From Bacteroidota bacterium (GTDB taxonomy: Bacteria > Bacteroidota > JABWAT01): DNA of 64,000 nt. A program made the translations under genes and the position numbers. Below the pieces are notes generated by a model, which saw only the letters and a program-made list of their open reading frames with translations, made no database searches and had not been told where the DNA came from. Shown here in pieces: positions 49,626-58,809 of the stretch. The stretch spans positions 468,981 to 532,980 of the forward strand of contig JABWAT010000001.1 of assembly GCA_013360915.1 (NCBI GenBank), written 5' to 3'. The first letter of the stretch is position 1, and the number at the start of each line of letters is the position of its first letter.

Positions 49626-51064
49626 GGATCTAACATCTCCCGTTTTGGGGCCCGGGTCACCCGATCATAAAACCGGTGAACGCGTTCCGTATAAAAAATT
49701 GCTGAACCGGTATAGCCGGTTTCCGCCAGAAAGGCTTCTTCCGCCTGCTGTTTTTTCTCTGCGAGCACAGCACCCCTGACTGTTTTAACCAGCAGGGAAT
49801 CTTCGGGGGCGCCCGTCAGAGAAAGTTGATTGGCCGAAAGCCATTTTCCGATTTCCTCACCTGTGACTGAGACGTCTCTGAGGATCAGCGGACGAATGGC
49901 TGAAGCCAGAATACGGTCTTCAGCCAGTTTCATTTCAATCTGGTGAGTCTTGCTTTTGGCACCTGACCGGACCGCTTCCCTGTAAACCAGTTCATCTCTG
50001 AAAACCAGATCAAGAACCGTTTTAAAATCAGATTGCCAGGCAGATGAAGGTATAAACGGAACCGTTTTCAGAAAGTCCCCCACTGTGAATGGCTGTCCAT
50101 TCAACGTGGCGAGTACATCATGTTGTCTTTGCCAGACCGGGACCTGTTGGGAAAATTCACCTGTGGGTTCCATCTGAAATTCCTGTTCGGAACCATTGGA
50201 AGTTTTTTGGTTCAAAACCGGCCAATACCATTCCTTTAATTCACGTGCAGTGAGCGGATTAATTGTTACGCTGGCTGACCGGATGAGGGAATCGAGGTAA
50301 AGGTAGGCCAGATGTTCCCCACGTTTTTCGCGCAACAGGTAGTCTGCTGTTTCGCGCTTCTGTTCATACTCGAAACGGGTGATCAGCGGACGTTTTTTAT
50401 AATCCCTGATTTTAAGAATATGCCACCCGAATTGTGACCGGACCGGGCGGGAAATAAATCCGGTCCTGGTCCGGAAGGCAGCCATTGCCAATTCATAATC
50501 GAGGTCACGCCAATCGACCCAACCCAGATCACCGCCACTATCAGCCAGTTTACCCGACCGGAAAACCTGACTGGCCAGGCTATCGAAACTGGCACCACGA
50601 TTCAATTCATCGAATGCCTGTTCCGCTGCTTCCTTTGATTTAAAAAACAGGTGGCTGACCAACCGGCTTTCCTGTGTGAAGCGGTAGGCTTCTTCCACTT
50701 CCTTCTCTGTGAAGGTTAACCTCGGCGCAATGTTATGATTGTAATGAGCTTTTCTGATGAGGTTTTTCTGATAAGCCTCCATCCGGAACTGAAACTGGCG
50801 GGTGGTATCGAGTTGAAGGCGCCGTGCCCCGGAAGCCAGGACCATGATTTTCATCTGATCTTTCAAAACAGCTTCACGCAGTTCGGGGGATTCTTTAAAG
50901 GCGGGATGTTTTAATACTTCGATGTAAGCCAACCTGAATTGATTGAGAGTCAGTGTATCCTTTCCGGCAATGGCAACGGCCGAATCCAGAACGGAATAAC
51001 CGGGATAGAAGTCCCGGTTATTTTCCTGAATGAATAAACTGGTGATCAGCAGAAGAACAAACAT
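49622..51064 (-). CDS. Parvulin (PpiC/SurA-like) peptidyl-prolyl isomerase, exported
   Basis: SHLFF, GASFDSLA, GGDLGWV and SRPVRSQFGWHILKI rotamase motifs. Stop overlaps the GH26 start (ATGA). Confidence 0.85.
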   Translation of the reverse strand: MFVLLLITSLFIQENNRDFYPGYSVLDSAVAIAGKDTLTLNQFRLAYIEVLKHPAFKESPELREAVLKDQMKIMVLASGARRLQLDTTRQFQFRMEAYQKNLIRKAHYNHNIAPRLTFTEKEVEEAYRFTQESRLVSHLFFKSKEAAEQAFDELNRGASFDSLASQVFRSGKLADSGGDLGWVDWRDLDYELAMAAFRTRTGFISRPVRSQFGWHILKIRDYKKRPLITRFEYEQKRETADYLLREKRGEHLAYLYLDSLIRSASVTINPLTARELKEWYWPVLNQKTSNGSEQEFQMEPTGEFSQQVPVWQRQHDVLATLNGQPFTVGDFLKTVPFIPSSAWQSDFKTVLDLVFRDELVYREAVRSGAKSKTHQIEMKLAEDRILASAIRPLILRDVSVTGEEIGKWLSANQLSLTGAPEDSLLVKTVRGAVLAEKKQQAEEAFLAETGYTGSAIFYTERVHRFYDRVTRAPKREMLDP

Positions 51065-51070
51065 GGGTCC

Positions 51071-54000
51071 TTATTTGATTACAATCATCCGTCCGATGTG
51101 ATTTCCAACGCCTGGCGCTTCGACATGGTAGATGTAAACACCGTAGGCGACTTCCATGTTATCTTTTGAACGAAGGTCCCATGGTTCCGATCCGTCAGAG
51201 GCAGGTGCATCGTGCTCAAGAACCCGCACCAGATTTCCATCGACTGTAAAAATCCGGATGGTACATTTTTTCGGCAGGTTCGTGAATTCCACTTTCCGCT
51301 CTCCCCTTCCGGTGCCGGTTGCACTCGGGTGTTCCCAGATTGCAGTCACCACATAGGGATTGGGAACAACCCTGATATTTTTCATGGCCGCCTTGGCCGC
51401 CTTGTTATTCACACTTTCGGCTCTTACGGTAAATTCATACCGGCTTAATTTGTAAAACGGATTGTCGGGGTACAGACTGATGTTGTCACCCTCTCCAAGG
51501 ATTCGTCCATAAATCTTGTTAAAAAGCGTGTCGTTGTTCGATACGTTCAGTAACTGATTGGTAATGACCGTGCGTCCATCACTGAGTTCCTCGAAGAAAA
51601 TAATCCGGTCTTTGGCACTGAAAAATCCGGCAGGTGCAATTTTAGGCTGAACGTTGGCATTCTCGGTGAAGGCAAACTTCAGTTCTTCACCTGTCTGCTT
51701 ATCATAAACCTTAAAGTTTACCGGACGGCCAGGCAGCGGAATAGAACCGGTGCCCGTTGCCAGCGGAACCCGGATGGCACTTGAGGTATCTACCAACTGG
51801 TTGTAAAACCGGATTTCATACTGCCGCGGATACGGGGTTCCTTTTTTAAATCCACCCTGATCATATTGAGTAAACCTCAGTATATAAGCAGAATCGGCAG
51901 GATTTACATTGTTTCCCCATTTCACCCCTTTAAAAATGCCTTCATCCGGGTTGTTGTAAACGCCGGGCATGGGGTTTCTGACCACCACTTCGAGTCCGAG
52001 ATCATTCATCAGTTTCGAGAAGGTGTGTGGATCCCCATCACGGTCATCATACAGGTTTCTTACAACAATGCTGTCTCCGATCCGATCGACCAGATAAACG
52101 GTATCGGTCTTCGATGCCTGCGAAACATTTTTCAACCAGAAGCCCGAGGTTTCTGTCGGGAAAAATTCATCCAGATCCAGGTCATCCAGCACGCCATCCT
52201 TGTCATTATCCAATTTATCATTGGACGGATCGAGGAATCCGATTTCATACCGGTCGCCATCACGGATTTTCGCCGGATCGATGATATTAATTCCTACCAC
52301 ACCCGCTGTTTTCAGTTCGCCAACCGGCCGCGGATTGATGTCAAAACCTGCCGATTCGAAACCTGCTGAAGGAGCGGTCGGCGTAACAGCCACCACATTC
52401 TGGCTGTAAGAAATTTCACCTGCCTGATTACGTGCGATATAGATCACGCATTCTGATGGTCCGATATTTTTTTCGATATCGCCGGTATCATATGCGGTCA
52501 GGCCATAGAAATACTGCACACCATTCTGCACATCGGTATCGACGTAGCGGTGTTCCAGTCCGGTTTCACTTCCCAGATTGAATTGAACGCCGGTACCACC
52601 TGTTTGTGGGAAGAAGCCGAAAACGCTATCCACTTTATCCCAGATTGCAATGGGGACATTGTATCGTGAAATGCCATATCCATCGGTAATGTCTCCATCC
52701 TCATTAAACTCGACCCAGGAGGATTTATAGAGTTTGTACCCTTCAAAATCATATGTTTTCAGAAACCGGTCATAGCTTGCTTCGGCCTCTTCATCCCAAT
52801 AAAGCGTCACTTTTTTATCACCGGCTACAGCCGAAAGCGTTGGTTGAAGCGGAGCCACTGCGAAGTTGTAATTTGAGTTATAGATTTCCTGAACGGTCCG
52901 TTTATTCCGGATAATATCAAACTCATCGACACCGAACAGGAGCGCGACCGAGAAAAACTCTTCACGACCGGCTTTCAGCGGGAAATACCCCGAGGAAAAC
53001 ACATAATCATGGTCGGCCACCACTGTGGTTTTAAAATCGAAGAATCCGGGATTGGAATAAGCCCACATCTGATCATCGTTGCTGTAGGTCAGTGCGCCAT
53101 AGACATAGAATTTGAAGCTGGTCAGACCAATCTGATCTGATTCATCTACATCGACCCGATCGATATTGGGTTCACCCGGCAGGTCATTATTACCAGGAGT
53201 CGGGCGTCCGTCTCCTTCGCCTTCATCACCAGTTCCCACTTTTCCATCCAGACCCACATCATCAAAGCGGATATCCCAATCTCCATCGTTGTCGATTCCA
53301 TCATCACGACGTTCGTCAATCATGCGGTTATTCAATCCGGAACCGGTGAAATAATCAATGGCCAGGTAATCCCGCTTATTGTAATCGGAACGGATATACA
53401 GAAAGTATTCCACCGAGTCCTTGATGTCGGGATCATACACCTTGGCTCCATCGCTTTCATCGATCAGACCATTCAGGTTATCATCCACCCCGTTTCTCGG
53501 AATTTCAATCAGCATCTGGTTGGGCATTTTCTTGTGGGTGATTCCACCGAATTTGAACTCAACGCCAGCCATCGGCATGGTGGTAAGTGTGCGTGGGTAG
53601 GCCGGGTTGTTGTAATTAATGGTGACGATCTGCTGACCGATCCGGTATGTTTTTGCAAAATCACCAACTGAAATTACTTTTCCGGTGCCTCCACCCGGTT
53701 TGGTCGGATCTATTCCATCGCCATCGTTATCGATTCCATCGAGACCATTACCCGGACTTTCGAGGAAAGCAAACCCCACATACGGAACGGGCGTATATCC
53801 GCCGGCCCCACGATTGTCGATGTCATAATTGACTGCCAGGCCTTCTTCGCGGTAGAACAAGGCTGCATCATCTGAATTCTCGTTTCCTCCGCCACCACCG
53901 ATGAGGGCTCCGCTGGAGGCTCCAACGTTCTCGCCGAAAACAGTTCGGTCAAGGTTTCTTTGAGAAATATTCTGAATTCTGAATAGCCAGAACACCACAT

Positions 54001-54736
54001 CTTCTGCATCAGGATTGGCCCATTGCAATCCACGGATGCTCATTTTCAGGCCGAGTCCACCCCGCCCCGGTTCTGACGGAATCGGCAATGGAAGATTGAG
54101 ACCCTTGAGCCGTTTTTTATACACGTAATCATCGACAACGAAATAACTTTCCTCGTCTGCGTTATACTGATCTTTACCAAAATAACCGTTCCATTTTCCG
54201 GCCCAGCCGGCATCAACCCCGTCAGAGGTTTTATCGGGCCAGAAGGCGGGCCATGTGAATGGCTGATTGCTCATGGCAACTGCGCGGTTTACATTTTTCG
54301 CTTTTTGTGTAAGATTCAGATACCCAGGCAGGGGTTCAAATCCCAGAAAACGGCCCAGGGAATCGGATGAAAACACCGAAGGATCCCATCCTTCACCAAA
54401 GATGGCCGGTGTCAGATATTTAAAAACCGAGTCACCGGTCGTAGCATCGATGTGCGAAAAGACTCTGACTTCGGACATCACAAACTGTGAGGTATTACCC
54501 AGCTGAATCTGACCGGTACCAATGGGCCATTCACCCGGGTACGTTTCAGAGGCATCGCCCCGGACCGATCCCAGGCGGCCATTGTTGTGAATGGTCACAC
54601 GGACTTTATTTCCCTGGTGAATATTTTTCGCCCGGTTGAGTGCATCACCATAGGTCGACTGTGCTGCAACAGTCACAGGAAGGAACAGGGCAATCAGGCA
54701 GGCAGAATAGAGTAATGACTTTTTCATGGTATTCAC
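51071..54736 (-). CDS. Large secreted acidic protein with DxDxDG-like loops, Fn3-like domain and atypical T9SS-like C-terminal domain
   Basis: Signal peptide; DGIDNDGDG-like repeats; VTLYWD...FEGYKLY...NGVQYFYGLTAYD; C-terminus VVPNPY...IRIFTVDGNLV...WD...GVYIYHV...MIVIK. Alternative ATG at 54727. Confidence 0.8.
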   Translation of the reverse strand: MNTMKKSLLYSACLIALFLPVTVAAQSTYGDALNRAKNIHQGNKVRVTIHNNGRLGSVRGDASETYPGEWPIGTGQIQLGNTSQFVMSEVRVFSHIDATTGDSVFKYLTPAIFGEGWDPSVFSSDSLGRFLGFEPLPGYLNLTQKAKNVNRAVAMSNQPFTWPAFWPDKTSDGVDAGWAGKWNGYFGKDQYNADEESYFVVDDYVYKKRLKGLNLPLPIPSEPGRGGLGLKMSIRGLQWANPDAEDVVFWLFRIQNISQRNLDRTVFGENVGASSGALIGGGGGNENSDDAALFYREEGLAVNYDIDNRGAGGYTPVPYVGFAFLESPGNGLDGIDNDGDGIDPTKPGGGTGKVISVGDFAKTYRIGQQIVTINYNNPAYPRTLTTMPMAGVEFKFGGITHKKMPNQMLIEIPRNGVDDNLNGLIDESDGAKVYDPDIKDSVEYFLYIRSDYNKRDYLAIDYFTGSGLNNRMIDERRDDGIDNDGDWDIRFDDVGLDGKVGTGDEGEGDGRPTPGNNDLPGEPNIDRVDVDESDQIGLTSFKFYVYGALTYSNDDQMWAYSNPGFFDFKTTVVADHDYVFSSGYFPLKAGREEFFSVALLFGVDEFDIIRNKRTVQEIYNSNYNFAVAPLQPTLSAVAGDKKVTLYWDEEAEASYDRFLKTYDFEGYKLYKSSWVEFNEDGDITDGYGISRYNVPIAIWDKVDSVFGFFPQTGGTGVQFNLGSETGLEHRYVDTDVQNGVQYFYGLTAYDTGDIEKNIGPSECVIYIARNQAGEISYSQNVVAVTPTAPSAGFESAGFDINPRPVGELKTAGVVGINIIDPAKIRDGDRYEIGFLDPSNDKLDNDKDGVLDDLDLDEFFPTETSGFWLKNVSQASKTDTVYLVDRIGDSIVVRNLYDDRDGDPHTFSKLMNDLGLEVVVRNPMPGVYNNPDEGIFKGVKWGNNVNPADSAYILRFTQYDQGGFKKGTPYPRQYEIRFYNQLVDTSSAIRVPLATGTGSIPLPGRPVNFKVYDKQTGEELKFAFTENANVQPKIAPAGFFSAKDRIIFFEELSDGRTVITNQLLNVSNNDTLFNKIYGRILGEGDNISLYPDNPFYKLSRYEFTVRAESVNNKAAKAAMKNIRVVPNPYVVTAIWEHPSATGTGRGERKVEFTNLPKKCTIRIFTVDGNLVRVLEHDAPASDGSEPWDLRSKDNMEVAYGVYIYHVEAPGVGNHIGRMIVIK

Positions 54737-54739
54737 AGA

Positions 54740-55777
54740 TTAAAAGGTTAGCACCAGGGTAAACTGATTCTGGCGGTCGAGATATCCAAAATCGACATTT
54801 GCATAATCGAGCCTCATGCCGATTCCCATCAGGTTATAACTGAAGCCAATTCCCAGCCCCAGCCCCCCTTCTTCATCGGGATCGAACATCCGGTTGTAAC
54901 CAGCACGAAGCGCCACCATGTCACTGATCGTAACTTCCGATCCCAGATTGACATGCTCATAATCATCATTCGGGTGAACTGCATCGGCAGCCACCACCCA
55001 TTTAACAGCTTTCGACTCTGTGATAAACGAGGTCAGGTCCGATGAAACTCCTACCCGGAACAAGACCGGGAGCGGAAATTTTTCAGCCGCAAGGAATCCG
55101 ATAATGGACGGATTGTTTCCGTTGTGTCCCGGATTGATATCATGCTGAATGCGCATATCACGTCCACTCATCTGCATATCTGGTCCGAAATGGCTGATGG
55201 ACATCCCCAACCGGAACCGGTCGTTCAGAGTGGTATATGTAAGTCCGACATCACCGGCGACGGATGAAGCATACGAATGCCAGAGTGTTTCTCTGATATA
55301 TTTCAGACTTCCCCCGATTGCAAACCGGTCGGTGAGAGCGCTTGCCCAGGTGGCACCAACAGCCAATGAACTGGCCGATACCTTCTCACCGGTTCCCCCC
55401 GGGAGTGACACCGTTGTTCTTTCGATATCGGGCATTCCCAGATAGGTTACGGAAAGTCCAAGCACTCCCAATCCTTCAATCGGAATGGCCACGGCATCAT
55501 ATTCCATATATAAATCGGCCACATAGTCATAATGACTCACAACCGCCTGAATCTTTTCTGTGTAGGCGATGGTTGCCGGATTCCAGAACAATCCTGCCGG
55601 ATCGTTTGCCAGAGAAACCATGGCCTGCCCCATGGCATTGGACCGGGCATCAACACCGATTTTCAGAAATGGCGCAGCGGTGGTTCCCGCGCGGGTGATG
55701 GATTGGGCCTGAACCGGTTGAGAGACAACAAGGCCGGTGGCTGCGACGATCAGTAAGGCATTCAGTATCGTTTTCAT
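54740..55777 (-). CDS. PorV/PorQ-like (UPF0164) outer-membrane beta-barrel
   Basis: Signal peptide; FLKIGVDARSNAMG...LFWNPA N-terminal hallmark of the FadL/PorV superfamily; amphipathic strands; terminal Phe. Confidence 0.85.
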   Translation of the reverse strand: MKTILNALLIVAATGLVVSQPVQAQSITRAGTTAAPFLKIGVDARSNAMGQAMVSLANDPAGLFWNPATIAYTEKIQAVVSHYDYVADLYMEYDAVAIPIEGLGVLGLSVTYLGMPDIERTTVSLPGGTGEKVSASSLAVGATWASALTDRFAIGGSLKYIRETLWHSYASSVAGDVGLTYTTLNDRFRLGMSISHFGPDMQMSGRDMRIQHDINPGHNGNNPSIIGFLAAEKFPLPVLFRVGVSSDLTSFITESKAVKWVVAADAVHPNDDYEHVNLGSEVTISDMVALRAGYNRMFDPDEEGGLGLGIGFSYNLMGIGMRLDYANVDFGYLDRQNQFTLVLTF

Positions 55778-55797
55778 AATTTCTTTCTCCCGTTCCG

Positions 55798-58740
55798 TCA
55801 GATCAGCGAAAACCGGATACCAATCTGCACAAACCGTGGGGCCGAGTAACGGCCAGGAGTTGCAGTGTTGTCGCGGATTGTTGATAATTCTTCCAGCCGG
55901 GTTCTTTTCTGGAAATTGTCGAGTGTTTCATCGGGAAGGCCGGTATCATTATACACCGCCGTGGCATTCCGGGTATCGAGCAGGTTGGTGACATCGATGA
56001 AATATTCCATGGACCATGCATTCATTTTCACTGACTTTGACAACCGCAGATCCAGATTAAATGTCCAGGGTCTTCTTTCGCTGTTTTCAACGATATTCTG
56101 AATACCCCCACCCACTTCTTCATTCGATGCAATCCGGGGTGTATAGGGAAAACCAGATGCCAGTTTTCCGATCAGAGTACCTGTCCATCCCTCTCTGGTG
56201 TAACTGGCCAGGGTGTTGATGGAATGGGTCTGATCCCAGTTGAGTGTAATCAGTTCAAGACGTTTGGGACGGTTGCTCAGCTGATCGTAATAGGCCTGGG
56301 TAACATCAGAGGAGGTTCCCTTTGCTTCCTGATAGGTATAGTCGACGCTGTAATAGAAATCTTCAATTGACTGGTTGGCTGCCAGCGTGATTCCCTTTGC
56401 ACTGGCGTGGTCCTTGTTCTCGTATTTGTAATAAGTGACACCGGCTGCATACGTGTCGATGGCAGGACCAACCCCGATCCAGTCACTGATATCGCGGTAG
56501 AAACCGGTCACAGCCAGATCGAGCGAACCAAACAGTCGTTGCTTGAGTCCCAGTTCATACATAATGGTTTTCTCAGGATTCAGGTTGGCATTTCCAACCA
56601 GGTTTTGAGTACCCGATCCGCTGATCCAGAAATTCGGATTTTCGTAGAGGTACCTGAATTCCGGGTTCTGGAAAAAGTGTCCGTAAGAAAAGTGCACAAC
56701 TGCTTCGGCCGTAACCGGGAAGGAGATTCCGAGACGCGGACTGATCTGATATTTCACATCGGCATCTTTATACCAGAATTTTTCACGCTCGGCCACAGAA
56801 TATTCGGTCTGACCCGATTCGGGCAGGTTCGGATCATAATTTTTATACTTGTTGGTTGCCAGAAACGGACGGTAAATCTGCGGATCTTTCGGATCGGAGA
56901 GCACCCGACCATCCGAGTCAAAGTAATCGAACCGGAGTCCGACGTTGATGATCAATTCCTCATACTCAATTTTATCCTGAATGTATGCCGCCACTTCGAT
57001 CGGATTGGCATCATATCTTGCCATCGTTGGACTCGATTCGGTAAGTTCTTCGATATCCTGGTCATCGTTGAAATAAACCGAGTAGTAATAGTTATTCAGC
57101 TTGTTATGATAGGTGAGGGACACCCCTGTTTTCATCATGTTGTATTTATCGACCTGGCTGGTCAGATCTAGGCGTGTGCCCACATAAGCTGATTGGGTCG
57201 AAGCCCGTCCGAGGTCATTTCCATGCACCTGAAAATCATTGTCGATATACTGGACTGCAGAACTGCCAAATCCGGTCAGCCAACTGACCCACTTTCCGGC
57301 ATCGTTGGGGGTGTACCGGTAATCCATCGGGTCTTCGTACAGATAGCTTTTATGATTGGAGGAGTAGTAATTGGCTTTCAGATCCACGAAAGTCTCGGTG
57401 GAAATCACATACTGAGCAGAAACAATATGAGTGAACCGGTCGGTGAAGTAATTTCTTCCGCCATCCGGAACAAACCGGCTTCCACCGCCATAGGAATGAT
57501 CGCTGTTATAAAACAGTGAATAGCTGGCATCGAACACAGGTGAATCCCAGAACAACTTGGTTTGAGTTGACCAGCCTTTATACCAGTTCAGCGGAACCAA
57601 TTCTCCATCGGGTTCATCGTATTTTTTATCCGCATTTCTGAACGGACGTACCAAGCCCCATGGCATAAAATACCGGAATCCCATTTCATAGCCGGGCCGG
57701 TTCTGATAGCGGCCTGCTGCAAAAAAGGACAGGTTCTTATGGATAAAATCCAGTGGGCCGGATGAATTGAGCTGTAAATCCCAGGTCTGGAACGGATTGT
57801 ATGAATTCAGATAATTTTCATACGTCATCCAGGGTTTATTTCCCGCAGCAGCGGCTTCACGTGCAGCCTGCGGAGAGGAAAGGCCGTGTTTCGAAAAATC
57901 ATATCTCATATCACCGCCAAACCGGGTATACCAATAAATGGACTCGGCCCAGTCGCGGTTATTCATAATTCTGTAAAGGTCATTATCGAAGGAGACGTGG
58001 TCGCCCAGATAGGCGGTTCCGGAAAGGGAAAATTTATCGCCTCCGTTTTTGGTCACAATATTGACCACGCCGGAAAGAGCTTGTCCATACTCGGCGTTAA
58101 AGGTTCCGGTAATGGCTTTCAGTTCGGCAATGGACTGATCATCGATACTGATACCGGCATTGGCCCGATCGAGTGGATTCTGAACCACCACGCCATCGAC
58201 CATGTAACTGATTTCGGTGGAACGACCACCACGAATATGCAGATTTCCGCCCGAATCGCGGGTAATGCCCGCCTGGGTGCTCAGCATCGAGCTGAGATCA
58301 CGTGCAGGAAGGTCTGCAATCAGATCCGATTGAAACGTTCTTTCCGAACTGGTCAGGTCTTTCTGAACGACCCGGTCGGCGGTAATGACAATGTCATATC
58401 CCAGTTCTACATCCTGCTCGTTCAGTTCGACATCCAGTTTCGTGGTTAAATCGACCTGAATACGTACTTTCTCGACCACCTTGGTGGTAAATCCCACGCT
58501 GGAGATCCGGATTGTATACAGTCCGGGAGAAATATTCAGAATAAAAAATTCACCATCCACATCGGTGGCGGCCCCTTTCTCGGTTCCGACAATAAAAACA
58601 CTTGCACCGATCAGTGGTTCTTTGGTGGCCGCATTGAAAACCTTTCCGGAAAGCTTTCCGGTGGTACCGGCCATGAGGAACCCCGGCAGGAACAGAAGAC
58701 CCGTCAGGATCAGAGTTGAGAATAAGGATTGGAGCCGCAT
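55798..58740 (-). CDS. TonB-dependent receptor (non-SusC type) with N-terminal carboxypeptidase-regulatory-like domain
   Basis: GTTGKLSGKV...GAATDVDGEF; plug HIRGGR...YMVDG and FNAEYGQALSGVVNIVTK; GLRFDY, SPRLG and GNANLNPEKT; C-terminal PRFVQIGIRF. Confidence 0.93.
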   Translation of the reverse strand: MRLQSLFSTLILTGLLFLPGFLMAGTTGKLSGKVFNAATKEPLIGASVFIVGTEKGAATDVDGEFFILNISPGLYTIRISSVGFTTKVVEKVRIQVDLTTKLDVELNEQDVELGYDIVITADRVVQKDLTSSERTFQSDLIADLPARDLSSMLSTQAGITRDSGGNLHIRGGRSTEISYMVDGVVVQNPLDRANAGISIDDQSIAELKAITGTFNAEYGQALSGVVNIVTKNGGDKFSLSGTAYLGDHVSFDNDLYRIMNNRDWAESIYWYTRFGGDMRYDFSKHGLSSPQAAREAAAAGNKPWMTYENYLNSYNPFQTWDLQLNSSGPLDFIHKNLSFFAAGRYQNRPGYEMGFRYFMPWGLVRPFRNADKKYDEPDGELVPLNWYKGWSTQTKLFWDSPVFDASYSLFYNSDHSYGGGSRFVPDGGRNYFTDRFTHIVSAQYVISTETFVDLKANYYSSNHKSYLYEDPMDYRYTPNDAGKWVSWLTGFGSSAVQYIDNDFQVHGNDLGRASTQSAYVGTRLDLTSQVDKYNMMKTGVSLTYHNKLNNYYYSVYFNDDQDIEELTESSPTMARYDANPIEVAAYIQDKIEYEELIINVGLRFDYFDSDGRVLSDPKDPQIYRPFLATNKYKNYDPNLPESGQTEYSVAEREKFWYKDADVKYQISPRLGISFPVTAEAVVHFSYGHFFQNPEFRYLYENPNFWISGSGTQNLVGNANLNPEKTIMYELGLKQRLFGSLDLAVTGFYRDISDWIGVGPAIDTYAAGVTYYKYENKDHASAKGITLAANQSIEDFYYSVDYTYQEAKGTSSDVTQAYYDQLSNRPKRLELITLNWDQTHSINTLASYTREGWTGTLIGKLASGFPYTPRIASNEEVGGGIQNIVENSERRPWTFNLDLRLSKSVKMNAWSMEYFIDVTNLLDTRNATAVYNDTGLPDETLDNFQKRTRLEELSTIRDNTATPGRYSAPRFVQIGIRFSLI

Positions 58741-58761
58741 AGGATTAAATACTTAGAGTGG

Positions 58762-58797
58762 AAAAAGGAGGCGATCCGGCCATTTGACCGGACCGCC
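58762..58797 (-). terminator. Intra-operon hairpin/terminator after the multi-CBM gene
   Basis: Minus-strand RNA GGCGGUCCGGUC-AAAU-GGCCGGAUCGCC-UCCUUUUU. The 12-bp stem has two G-U pairs that only work on this strand. Confidence 0.7.
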
Positions 58798-58809
58798 CAT
58801 CGGGTAAGG

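Noticed and set aside
53190-53760. Repetitive CCATCG/TCATC-rich DNA as a possible CRISPR or tandem repeat
   Set aside because: Explained by Asp/Gly-rich coding loops; no constant repeat-spacer periodicity.
55798-58740. Calling the TBDR SusC and the downstream gene SusD
   Set aside because: The SusC plug signature (DIESIEVLKDA-type) is absent, and the next gene is a PorV-like barrel, not a lipoprotein.
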